From: Atractiella rhizophila
Lineage: Eukaryota
Direction: 5' to 3'
NCBI GenBank assembly: GCA_021432655.1
Contig: MU271486.1
Location: forward strand, 1 to 53,927
Length of the DNA stretch: 53,927 nt
A program made the position numbers and the translations under genes. Shown here in pieces: positions 1 through 11,407 of the stretch. Under the pieces are notes generated by a model. The model had not been told where the DNA came from. It saw only the letters and a list, made by a program, of their open reading frames with translations, and made no database searches. Every line of letters starts with the position of its first letter. Position 1 is the first letter of the stretch.

Positions 1-623
1 TGCATGCCCACCAGCTGATGGATGACGTCGAATCCACCTATTACATTCTAACGACACATACGTACCCACGTTGGCACCCTAATCGTCGTGCGAAAGCAGA
101 AGAGCTCATCAAATCGTACGATCGCAAGGACGCAGCCGGTATGAAAGAAAAGGAGTTAAAAGGAGACTACGCAGGGTTCGGCGAGGACGAGATTCGAGCC
201 AATATCCATATTCTTGGTCCCATCATTTCCGTCTTTCGCCAATTTCTCGCAGCTCCTTATCACACACAAATGCGGTTTCAGCGAATCCTCGCGACCGATC
301 GCAAGAGTGAAGTAATCCAGCTCTGTTCAACGCTTGAAATCTCACACGACAAACTGGAAGAGTTCCTCCAACCAGGTTTTATTGATGCGCTTGCTTTCGA
401 CACGAATGATAAACAAGAGAAGCTACTGAGATTTCTTATCCAGTTTTTACAAATCGTGATCAAGCAGCACAAGGAACGGTTGGAAGGGCTGACGCACAAC
501 GAACCGAATGTTGTTGATAGTATTTTGGGGAACAATAATAAGAAGAGAAAGGGGGAAGGATTAGAGAGCAGCACATCCAAGAGGCTACAAGTACTTCAAC
601 AGCAAGTCTTTCCGTCTTCGTGA
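1..623 (+). CDS. Last exon (C-lobe and tail) of a FunK1-type fungal protein kinase; the gene begins before the window
   Basis: HQLMDDVES motif, near-identical to 4904-5460, ends with a KKRK basic patch and the TGA shared by the other array copies. Confidence 0.85.
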   Translation, partial: HAHQLMDDVESTYYILTTHTYPRWHPNRRAKAEELIKSYDRKDAAGMKEKELKGDYAGFGEDEIRANIHILGPIISVFRQFLAAPYHTQMRFQRILATDRKSEVIQLCSTLEISHDKLEEFLQPGFIDALAFDTNDKQEKLLRFLIQFLQIVIKQHKERLEGLTHNEPNVVDSILGNNNKKRKGEGLESSTSKRLQVLQQQVFPSS

Positions 624-780
624 TTTGTCAATACCATGTCTTTCTCATGTAAATCCTGTATGGAATGTAAATAGTTTTTTTTTTGGAATGTAAACAGTTA
701 CTTACGGCTGGTACACTTCGTGAGAGTGCGGATTAAGAATGCTTGATTAATATTTCTGAAATGTCATCTGAATCTGGGAA

Positions 781-909
781 CTAAGCACCTCCGTTGAGGT
801 TCATCGTCACCTCCGAATGGCCGTCCTTCACCCCGGCATTCGAATATCCAATACCATTTTCCGTGACCAGCCCAGGCATCATCGTTTCCTTCTTCTTTCC
901 CATCCATCA
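781..909 (-). pseudogene. Short degenerate remnant of the TAF8-like gene 3' end
   Basis: Aligns by eye to 18442-18575; translates to ...GKEEGNDDAWAGHGKWYWI... in a shifted frame. Confidence 0.7.
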
Positions 910-1256
910 GTTCCCTACCCCGAAAACTTTCTCTGAGAAGCCCTTGCGCGTGTTCGTAAGCATCAAGTAATCCAGCTCTGTGCCTCTGTGCAGAAGTCAC
1001 CATGCCACTGGGAGAATTGGAAAAGTTCCTCCGACCAGATTTTCTGGATGCGGTTTCTTTTAAGGCGAAGGAGAAACAAGCAAGAGAAGGTGTTGCAATT
1101 TTTGATTCAGTTCTTACAGGTCGTTATCAATCATCATAGAAAACGATCGTAGGGGATGGTGACCAACGAAATAAATATTGTCGACAATGTTCTGATGTTA
1201 GAAAGAGACCAGAGGGATGGATAGACAGCTGCGCCACGGAAGCGATGAAGGTCTAG
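910..1256 (+). pseudogene. Degenerate FunK1 kinase 3'-end fragment
   Basis: caagtaatccagctctg...ttgattcagttcttacagg homology to the kinase last exon, with indels; paralogous to 5821-6202. Confidence 0.75.
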
Positions 1257-1571
1257 CCGTAGACGAGGGCTCTTTCTGCCTTTCAATGCCATTCTACTTT
1301 TAAACTTGAATCTTTCCTGGTAGGAACAGTGAAGAGCAGGGAAAACAAAGTCATTTAGTCCATTCTTGATCTTACGAAGCTTGCCAGTGAATGAAATAAA
1401 CATTAAGGTTGAAGTTGATCACGTGTTTCAGGCTTGTTGTTTCCTCATCCTATGTTCCTCGTCCCTTGTTCTTCGTCCTTTGTTCCTTTTGCCATAAAAA
1501 CGCGACTAATATCAACCACTTTCTCAACATCAGACTGACCACCACGAGCCGTCGCCATTATTTGTGACACG

Positions 1572-2348
1572 ATGTCCACTCGTACCAGCACGCCAACCAG
1601 CCCCCCGAAACGGCCTCAAACCCAAAGTCGCAATGCGAGCAACCCTTCTCAGAGTACCGAACTTCCCGCTACGGAGAGGCAAAGGATTCGTGAAGAGACA
1701 CAAAATCATTACTACTCTATCAGCATAGACGATTTCCTCAACGAATTCTTCCCTGAGCCTGACCAAGGCAATCAATCTGATGACAGTGAGGAATCTGAGG
1801 CGCAGACGGTCTATTCTGATTCTCAGGGCAATCAACGTGAGGAGAGTGTGGAATCCACGGAGCAGGCGGAGTTGGACTCATGGCAGGAAAAGATGGGAGT
1901 GAAAGGGGCGAAGGAACTCAAAGGGACTGAGGTCTATTCGACTATTGTGAGCTTTGTTTTAGACAAATCGCTGGATCTTTATGGGTATGGGGCACTAGAC
2001 AGGCTTCATGAACTTTCTGTTGCATGATACAGAATTGAAATTCTGTGACGTGCATCTAAATGCCGATCCGAAAATGTATGACGGACGCCCGTCTTGGAAT
2101 AAACCTGATTTCACAGCTGTGAAGAAAGACGAGGTCGAGGGGTGCTGTGGAACCGATGATCACATGTGCTGGCGGCATTGCCAACTGATAGCAGACGCGA
2201 AATTCCAGAACGAGGATCCTTTCCAAGGGTCGATTTGGCGTCAAGAAATTGTTGGCACACTGAAGCAAATTCTCCACTACTTGCTGGACCTAGCATATTT
2301 CCAGCACCGCACGGCATCCTATCTCATCCTCTTCTTCCCTGGCGCAGC
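1572..2348 (+). CDS. Type A REase-like/FunK1 kinase, 5' part, cut by the assembly gap
   Basis: Near-identical to 6517-7293, same first intron (1947-1998), KPDF and ADAK motifs intact. Confidence 0.85.
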
Positions 2349-2373
2349 NNNNNNNNNNNNNNNNNNNNNNNNN
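2349..2373. other. Assembly gap (25 N)
   Basis: Run of N; flanks match positions 7293 and 11521. Confidence 0.99.
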
Positions 2374-2717
2374 GAGAGACCGAAGGGAAGAAGGTAGACT
2401 CAAAGGTAAACCGAAGGTGAGGGATGAACGGAGGTTTTTGAATGTTGTGGGGGAGAGCGAGGTGAGGATTACGAGAGGAAGAAATCTCACGGATGTCGAC
2501 GCTGATGGAAGGATTTGGGGGTCAGAAAGGACTTCAGGTTGAGGAAGAAGTAGAGGAAGCATGGCAGCAAGGGCCAAGCTCGCTCTCCCAGTTACATGCT
2601 GAGGCGCGTTCTTCCTTCCTCTCCGAGGCGGACGCCGAAGAGAAGGAGATTGAGATCAGAATACGGTTGCTGCAAAAGAAACATGAGTTGTTGGGGAGGC
2701 TGAAATCACTGACTTGA
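2374..2717 (+). other. Second copy of the acidic coiled-coil ORF at 11408-11866 (3' part)
   Basis: Near-identical to 11521-11866 with one 1-nt indel near 2485. Confidence 0.5.
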
Positions 2718-3118
2718 GGTGACAGGAGGAGGAGTCTTTATTCTGAGGATGACTGGTCGTTGCATTTCGTGATTCCATTGTGCAATATCTGTATTCATAC
2801 GCCGTTTGTTAATGTGCCTTCCGTCTATGATATATCCTATCTTGGCTTTCTATTACATGATGGCTCCAAGCCAAACCAATGAGCGTGTCCAAGAAATACC
2901 ATCAGCAACTGAGCAAAACCAACGTGTTTGCCAGTGGAACAAGTTTGTGAGGCACCGAAGGCACTGGTACTGGAAGAGAATAGTTGTTGCGATTTCAAGT
3001 CGAGAACTTCCATAGGAAGTTCAACGACGGCAGCAACCATCAACGTTACGTTTATTTCTTTCCCTTGAAACGATCGGAGGACGCGTTGAACAACAACCAC
3101 CAAACAATTTGCTACCCG

Positions 3119-5525
3119 ATGTCCAAGAGTTTAACCAGCAACCATGTTAAGCAGCCGAGCACGCAAAGTTGCATTTGGAGCAACTGTTTCTCACACTTCT
3201 GAGTTTTTGAAGCCTGCTACGGAAAGCTTCATTGAAGAAACTCTAAATCATTACTACTCTGCAAGCATCGTCGCTTTCCTCGAGGAATTCTTTCCTACTC
3301 CAGGAATCAGCAATCGAAGCTCAAAAGAGGAAGAGGAGTGGGAATCCAAGAATGCTAACAAATTGAAATCCTGGCGGAAAGTGATGGGAGTGAAGGACAG
3401 GCAGAAAAGTGAGATGTATCCTGTGATTGTGAGTGAGTATTGTTTCAAACAAGCAACTGGATTTTTATGGCTGTTATTGTTTAGACGAGGTTAATGAACT
3501 TTCTGTGGGGAAGATAAAGAGTTGGAGTTCCGCGATGTGCATGTGCATCCACCAGCCGACGATGAAGAGAACGATGGAGGCAAGTTTGCTCACAAATCAG
3601 GCTTTATGGGCGTGGAGAAAGACGAGTGTTTTGTGGAACCAAGAACCGGATCTGTTGGACTCATTGCCAATTGGTAGCGGACGCGACAACGCAGCAGTAC
3701 GATCCTTTCGACGAGTCAAACTGGAATCAAGATACCGAACAAGTACTCGAACAGGTTCTCTACTCTTTCATGAATCTCACATATTATCAGCATCGAACAG
3801 CATCCTATTACATCCTCTTCTTCTTCCCTGGCGCAGCAAGAATCGTTCGTTGGACTCCGAGGCACATTGTTTACACCGAACTATTCGATTTCACAAGCGA
3901 AGACGAGTTTGACGATTTCTGTCATTTTCGTTCGCTCGTATGGTTCAGCTGGAGCGAATCGCGGCCTCGATTGTCACTTTATCAGAGCCACCGCATTCGT
4001 CGCGGAGGCGGCTCATCAAATCTTTGGAGCGAGGAAAGAGGAGCTCGAGCAGGCTGGATTCAGTGTTCCCAGGGCTCCTGACATTTGGGTGCTAAATCTT
4101 CCAGCATTGTCACCTCCGAACGCTCCGTGTTCGCAGCCGTCGATGCAGTTGATCGTAGGCAGAATCAGTGACTGCTGTCGTCCGTCGCTCTGTGGCAGGA
4201 ATGGAAAGTACTTCATAGGGTACGAAAAGGAGAAGGAGGAATCGATTTATTTTGTGAAAGCCAACTGGACATATATTGGTGAGGGTCGCGCATCGGAATC
4301 GGAAGTGTATGGCAAGCTCAAGAAATCACACTATGTTCAAGAAATGATCTACGGTGGCCACCCCAAAGACGTAGAAGATCATGACTACACGCTCAAAAAT
4401 TCATCACGCATCACGGCATCTGTGCTTGAACTGTTACAGACGGAGGAAGAATCGGTTACGTCGAAGAAGAAGGGAGAACCATCAGATGCAGCTCAGAGGT
4501 TGCACTTCCTTGTCCTCCCGTTTGTTCGCCCATTCTATACGTTTCGGAACGCGTACGAACTCGTAGAAGGAATTCGTGGAGGACTTCAAGGTTCGTTTAT
4601 TTGTCGGACGAAGGACCATCTCCCTGATGTTTGTGTCTAGGCCTTTTGGATCTGTACCGTGCGGGTTACCTTCATCGCGATGTCAGCCACTCCAACATTG
4701 CTCTGGCACGGTCTGGAGATGATGTGAAAGGTGTCCTCCAAGATTTCGATTTTGCTGTCGACTTGGCCGCGACGAGAACAATCAGTCACAGCAAGACGGT
4801 GTGTCCTTCCTCCTTGTCCTCAGTCATCAACATGACTGATAACCTTGACTAGGGAACATACCTTTTTCTGTCTGCTGCCCTCCTTGGCACCGACAGGCAC
4901 GCGCACCAGCTGATAGATGACATCGAATCTTCCTACCACATTCTAACGACACATACGTACCCACATTGGCACCCTAATCGTCGTGCGAAAGCAGAAGAGC
5001 TCATCAAATCGTACAATCGCAAGGACGCAGTCGGTATGAAGAAGGATGAGTTAAAAGGAGACTACGCAGGGTTCGGCGAGGACGAGATTCGAGCCAATAT
5101 CCATATTCTTGGTCCCATCATTTCCCTCTTTCGCCAATTTCTCGCAGCTCCTTATCACACACAAATGCGCTTTCAGCGAACCCTCGCGATCGATCGCAAG
5201 AGTGAAGTAATCCAGCTCTGTTCAACGCTTGAAATCTCACACGACAAACTGGAAGAGTTCCTCCAACCAGGTTTTATTGATGCGCTTGCTTTCGAGACGA
5301 ATGATAAACAAGAGAAGCTGCTGAGATTTCTTATTCAGTTTTTACAAATCGTGATCAAACAGCACAAGGAACAGTTGGAAGGGATGACGCACAACGAACC
5401 GAATGTTGTTGATGCTATTTTGAGGAACAATAATGAGAAGAGAAAGGGGGAAGGATTAGAGCAGCACATCCAAGAGACTTCAATCAATGACTAGCCTTCA
5501 AAAGTAGGTCTTTCCGTCTTCGTGA
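3119..5525 (+). pseudogene. Type B REase-like/FunK1 kinase, frameshifted copy
   Basis: Paralogue of 12270-14670; HRDVSHSNI and QDFDFA are present; frameshifting indels near 3188, 3510, 3628, 3926 and 5460, mostly in homopolymer or dinucleotide runs, so sequencing error is possible. Confidence 0.75.
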
Positions 5526-5685
5526 TTTGTTAATACCAAGTCTTTCTCATGTCAATCCTGTTGGAATGTAAATATTTTGTTTTCTTTTTGGAATGTAAAT
5601 AGTTACTCAAGTTGGTACACTTTGTGACGGCGCGGATTGGGAATGCTTGATTAATATTTCTGAAAATGAATCAGTCAGCTGAGAA

Positions 5686-5820
5686 CTAAACACTCGCACC
5701 GCGATTAAGGCTCATCGTCACCTCTCAGTGGCTGTCCTTCACTCCAGCACCCGAATGTCTAATACCATTCTCCGTGACCAGCCCACGGATCATCGTTTCC
5801 TTCTTCTTTCCCACCCATCA
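5686..5820 (-). pseudogene. Short degenerate remnant of the TAF8-like gene 3' end
   Basis: ctaaacactc...ttctttcccacccatca aligns to 18442-18573. Confidence 0.75.
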
Positions 5821-6202
5821 TTTCCCTGTTTCGCCAATTTCTAGCTCCGCGCTTCTACCCGAAAACTTTCGACGAGAAGCCCTTGCGAGTTGTTCCTAAG
5901 AATCAAGTAATCCAGCTCTGCCCAGAAGTCAGCATTCCACTGGACGAATTGGAAGAGTTCCCGCAACCAGATTTTCTGGATGCGCTTTCTTGCGACATGA
6001 AGGAGAAACAAGAGAAGGTGTTGCAATTTTTGATTCAGTTCTTACAGGTCGTTATCAATCATCACAGAAAACGGTTCGAGGGGATGGTGACCAACGAAAT
6101 AAATATTGTAGACTCGACAATGTTCTGATGGGGACTGTTAAGAAGAGAAAGAGGGATGGATTACTAGTAGACAGCTGCGCCACGGAAGCGATGAAGGTCT
6201 AG
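5821..6202 (+). pseudogene. Diverged FunK1 kinase 3'-end fragment
   Basis: ORF 5883-6128 (QVIQLCPEVSIPLDELEEF...FLIQFLQVVI) is homologous to the kinase last exon; no upstream exons; indels. Confidence 0.8.
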
Positions 6203-6516
6203 CCATAGACGAGGGCTCTTTCCGCCTTTCAATGCCATTCTACTTTTAAACCTGAATCTTTCCTGGTAGGAACGGTGAAGAGCAGCCAAAACAAAGTCAT
6301 TTAATCCATTCTTGTTCTTACGAAGCTTGCCAGTGAATGAAATGAACATTGAGGTTGAGGTTGGTCACGTGTTTCAGGCTTGTTGTTCCTCACCCTTTGT
6401 TCCTCGTCTCTTGTTCTTCGTCCTTTGTTCCTTTTGCCATAAAAACACGACTAATATCAACCACTTTCTCAACATCAGACTGACCACCACGAGCCGTCGC
6501 CATTATTTGTGACACG

Positions 6517-9156
6517 ATGTCCACTCGTACCAGTACGCCAACCAGCCCCCCGAAACGGCTTCAAACCCAAAGTCGCAATGCGAGCAACCCTTCTCAGAGT
6601 ACCGAACTTCCCGCTACGGAGAGGCAAAGGATTCGTGAAGAGACACAAAATCATTACTACTCTATCAGCATAGACGATTTCCTCAACGAATTCTTCCCTG
6701 GGCCTGACCAAGGCAATCAATCTGATGACAGTGAGGAATCTGAGGCGCAGACGGTCTATTCTGATTCTCAGGGCAATCAACGTGAGGAGAGTGTGGAATC
6801 CACGGAGCAGGCGGAGTTGGACTCATGGCAGGAAAAGATGGGAGTGAAAGGGGCGAAGGAACTCAAAGGGACTGAGGTCTATTCGACTATTGTGAGCTTT
6901 GTTTTAGACAAATCGCTGGATCTTTATGGGTATGGGGCTCTAGACAGGCTTCATGAACTTTTTGTTGCATGATACAGAATTGAAATTCTGTGACGTGCAT
7001 CTAAATGCCGACCCGAAAATGTATGACGGACGCCCGTCTTGGAATAAACCTGATTTCACAGCTGTGAAGAAAGACGAGGTCGAGGGGTGCTGTGGAACCG
7101 ATAACCACATGTGCTGGCGGCATTGCCAACTGATAGCAGACGCGAAATTCCAGAACGAGGATCCTTTCCAAGGGTCGATTTGGCGTCAAGAAATTGTTGG
7201 CACACTGAAGCAAATTCTCCACTACTTGCTGGACCTAGCATATTTCCAGCACCGCACGGCATCCTATCTCATCCTCTTCTTCCCTGGCGCAGCAAGAATC
7301 GTTCGTTGGACTCCCAGACAGATCGTTTACACCGAGCGATTCATTTTCACAGTCGACGACCATTTCAACAAATTTCGTCGCTTCGTTCGCTCATACGGTT
7401 CACCAAGAGCGAACCGTGGTCTGGATTGCCACTTTACTAGAGCTGACAAAGCGGTTGCGAAGCAAGCCGTCGCCGTCTTCCTTGCGAACGAAAAGGACAT
7501 CAAGCAGGCTCAATTCAGTGTCCCCCAGGAATCCGATATATGGGAGCTGCACCTTCCAGAGTTGACACGTCCCAACCCTTCTCGTACGCAACCCTCCATA
7601 GAATCAACTGAAGAAGCTTCTGTACAGTCAAAGGAGCCAACCGGAACATCCTCTGCAGCCTCAACGGAACCAACGGTACAACCTTCTGCACCTTCAAGGG
7701 AACCAACAGATCAATCCTCCGCATCCACGGTGGAACCAATTGTTCAACGCTCAATGGAACTAATCATCGGACGAATGGGACGATATCGCCCGTCGCTTTG
7801 TGGAAGGAATGGAAAGTACTTCGTAGGGTACGAAAAGGGGAAACCTGAATCGATTTGGTTCGTAAAAGCCAACTGGGCGTATATTGGTGAAGGTCGCGTA
7901 TCGGAGTCGGAAGTTTACGATAAACTGAAAGGTACACGAAGTGTTCAAGACATGATCTACGGTGGCTACCCTAAAGACATCGAAGATCGTAACTATACCC
8001 TCAAGGACTCAGACTGCGTGAAACCTTCCCCGAAGGAACAGTTACGAAACGATGGAATGGGGACAGGGGGAACGAGCTCAAACGTGGAGACTGAGGGAGA
8101 TCGAAATTATCCTGAACAGCGATTGCACTTCCTTGTCCTCCCCTTTGTTCGCCCTCTTTCCACCTTTCGGAATGGATACGAACTCGTAGAAGGAATTCGT
8201 GGAGGACTTCAAGGTTCGTTTGTTTTGTTGCATGAGGGACCGTCTCCCCTGATCTTTGTGTCTAGGCCTTTTGGATCTGTACCGTGCGGGTTACCTTCAT
8301 CGCGATGTCAGCCACTCTAACATTGCTCTGGTACGGTCTGGAGCTGATGTGAAAGGTGTCCTCCAAGATTTCGATTTTGCTGTCGACTTGGCTGCGACGA
8401 GAACAATCAGTCACAGCAAGACGGTGCGTCCTTCCCTGCTTCTTATCCTCAATAATCAACATGACTGATAACCTTGACAAGGGAACATACCTTTTTCTGT
8501 CTGCTGCCCTCCTTGGCACCGACAGGCACGCGCACCAGCTGATAGATGACATCGAATCTTCCTACCACATTCTAACAACCCATACATACCCGCATTGGTA
8601 CTCTAATTGTCGTGCAGAAGCAGAACACCTCATTAAGTCGTACAATCGCACGGACGCAGCTAGTACGAAGAGAGAGGAGCTAAAGGGAGAGGGCGATTCA
8701 TTCGGTAACGTTGACATTCGAGCGGACATCTATATTCTCGGCCCTCTCATTTCCCTGTTTCGCCAATTTCTCGCAGCTCGTTACTTCAAAGAAGGACGTT
8801 TCCGACAACTCCTCGCAACAGACCGTGAGGAACTAGTGATCGAGCTCTGTTCTGAGATTGGCATTCCATCGGACGGTTTCAGCGAGTTCTTTCAACCAGG
8901 TTTTATTGATGCGCTTGCTTTCGACACGAATGATAAACAAGAGAAGCTGCTGAGATTTCTCATTCAGGTTTTACAAATCGTAATCAAGCAGCACAAGGAA
9001 CGGTTGGAAGGGATGACGCACAACGAACCGAATGTTGTTGATGATATTTTGGGGAACAATAATAAGAAGAGAAAGGGGGAAGGATTAGAGAGCAGCACAT
9101 CCAAGAGACTACAATCAAAGACTAGCCGTCAAAAGAAGGTCTTCCCGCCTTCGTGA
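6517..9156 (+). CDS. Type A PD-(D/E)xK nuclease-like + FunK1 fungal-type protein kinase; introns 6892-6943, 8214-8265, 8424-8481
   Basis: Splicing at GT-AG sites joins the ORFs in frame; kinase motifs GRNG, FVKANW, LHRDVSHSNI, LQDFDFA, KTGT, DDIES; N-terminal KPDF...ADAK...QILHY; C-terminal KKRK. Confidence 0.88.
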
Positions 9157-9321
9157 TTTGTCAATACCAAGTCTTTCTCATGTCAATCCTGTTTGGAATG
9201 TAAGTAGTTTTTTATTTTGGAATGTCAATAGTTACTTAGAGCTGGTACACTTTGTGAAGGGGCAGATTGGGAATGCTTGAATAGTATGTCTGAAAATGAA
9301 TCAGACATCTGCATCCGAGAA

Positions 9322-10671
9322 CTAAATACTTCCACCTCCGATAAGGCTCATGGTCACCTCTCTATGGCCGTCCTTCACTCCAGCATCTGGATGTCCAATA
9401 CCATTTTCCATGACCAGCCCAGGCATCGTCGTCTCCTTCTTCTTTCCCACCCCATCACCCTTACCCTTCTTCAGCCTCGCCCCCCTCCTTCTCCTTCTCC
9501 TTCTCTTTTCCTTTAACCAATGCGGGCACCTCGAGCCTAACCCTCTTCCCCTCCCCCCCCTCTATCCCCCGAACTCCTCCACCTCTCCTCTTCCCATCCA
9601 CTCCCCGGCTCTCTAGGCTGCCAATCGAAGCCCCATCTCAAATACCTACTTCCACCCGGATTCGGGTCCCTCTCAAGCGGCATTCTCGTCACCACCACAT
9701 CCAACGGCGGTTCCTTCTCCGCAACGTCTTTCCCTCCCATTCCTCCCGTTGCTGCTGCGGCAGAGGACGAGGAGGTGGGGATGGGTGGTGGTGGTTCGAG
9801 CGCGTATTCTCTGGAACCACCTCGAGGATCGAGTGCGGCGGGGGGACCGGTGCGGATGGAGACGGGAGATGAAGGATGAGTCGTGCGACCATTCGTTTGG
9901 AGTTTCCATCTTCGCACGGAGGGATGGGAGTGTGAGGGAGGATTTTGTGCGCGATGCCGTGAGCGGGAGCGAGTTGGGGGGTATGGGTATCGAGACTGTT
10001 GCAGGGAGAGCGGTGGAGAAAGGGTGCATGGGTGGGAACGGTTCTGTGTTTGTAAGAGTGGTAGTGACGTATCCAGACGGGATCTGATTCTGAAGATTCC
10101 TTCCCCTCCCAACATCATCTCTCTCTCCCTCTCTTTCTTCTTCCCCTTCTTCTCCCCTGCCCCTTTCTCCTCCGTCCCCTTCTTCACCAACACCTCCTTC
10201 TGCCCACAGGAGGGAAAGGCAGCCAACCGCCGCCTAATCGACCGTGTCGCGGACATAAAGGAGGGATGGAGGTCACGAGCGAGTCTTCTGCGGTGTCAGC
10301 AGCGGAGGTGGCGAAGGCGGTCCATTGTCGTCTCTTGGTGTTATGGCGGGTGTAGGATGGCGGGTGGCGGAGGAGGGAGGAGTCGGCGCTGGAGAGGAAG
10401 GCTGAGGTCTCGGCAAAGTATTTCAAGGATGAGGGTGGAAGAGGACGCCGGCCAGCTTTGGAAGTGGACGGAGATGGAGGTGTGGAGGAATGGAGGGGTG
10501 GAGACGGAGTAGAGGGAGAGAAGAGATGAGATCTTCTTTGTCCGTCGGTTTAACACCTTCTGTGGAAAATAATCAACATCAAACGCGAACTGAGAGTAAA
10601 ACTAACCATTAGCCAAAGGCGTGACCTCCCTAAATATTTGGCATTCCCTCCCTCCCATGCCACTCCTTCAA
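9322..10671 (-). pseudogene. Truncated, frameshifted copy of the TAF8-like gene (last exon, last intron and end of exon 3)
   Basis: Homologous to 18442-19797; 1-nt indels near 9857 and 10203; similarity stops abruptly after cactccttcaa. Confidence 0.85.
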
Positions 10672-11407
10672 AGTACCGTCACCTCTCTCCGCGACAAACT
10701 TCTGCTCTCTCTTCCTCTGACCCCCAAGGAGAGGTCGTTCGACGTTGGAACGAATGCGTACGCGGGATGCACCTGATGCATCCGAAGTTGCAATATTGAA
10801 GGGGGAACGAATGGGACAGAAGATGAGGACAGGAACCCCCACTACGACGCACAAAAGTTTCAAAGAAGACAGCGTAGCAGCAACCATGGGGTATGGGGAT
10901 AAGGATAGGGCTGGAGAGTGATGTAGAGACTTGGTTAGAAGGAACAAGGAGATGGGAAAGTGGTGGATCGCAACTTGAGAAGATTGAGGAGGGCACAGCG
11001 AGGGATAGGAAGGACATGCAACATGATAAGAAAGGGAGAAGGGGAAGAGATGGGAAGAGATGAGCAAAATGGAACGACGAAGGTTACAGCCCCACGATCA
11101 TCGAGGTGAAGGACCTCTACGAAAACGGCATCAGTCCCCAGAAGACGTTCTCCTCTCCTTATTCTGTTCGGAATCCTCAGCCATCACGAGGCGAAACTCC
11201 ACCGTCTCCTCACCTCCCACCTTCCAGCCCTATCTTTCGCGCCTCCTCTCCCACATGCGTTTGTGTAGCCGACCAATGTGGTCATTGCGATCTTGAAGAT
11301 ACACTGAAGAGCAGCTATGTCACGGTGATTGCGCCGTTAGAGGCAGAGAGGTATGGGGTTGTGATTATAACGACGAGGAACACAAGACACCTCGAGCGAA
11401 TCGCACA

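Noticed and set aside
3119..10671. RIP-like mutation of the duplicates
   Set aside because: No obvious AT enrichment or dense C-to-T pattern by eye; lesions are mostly indels (not quantified)
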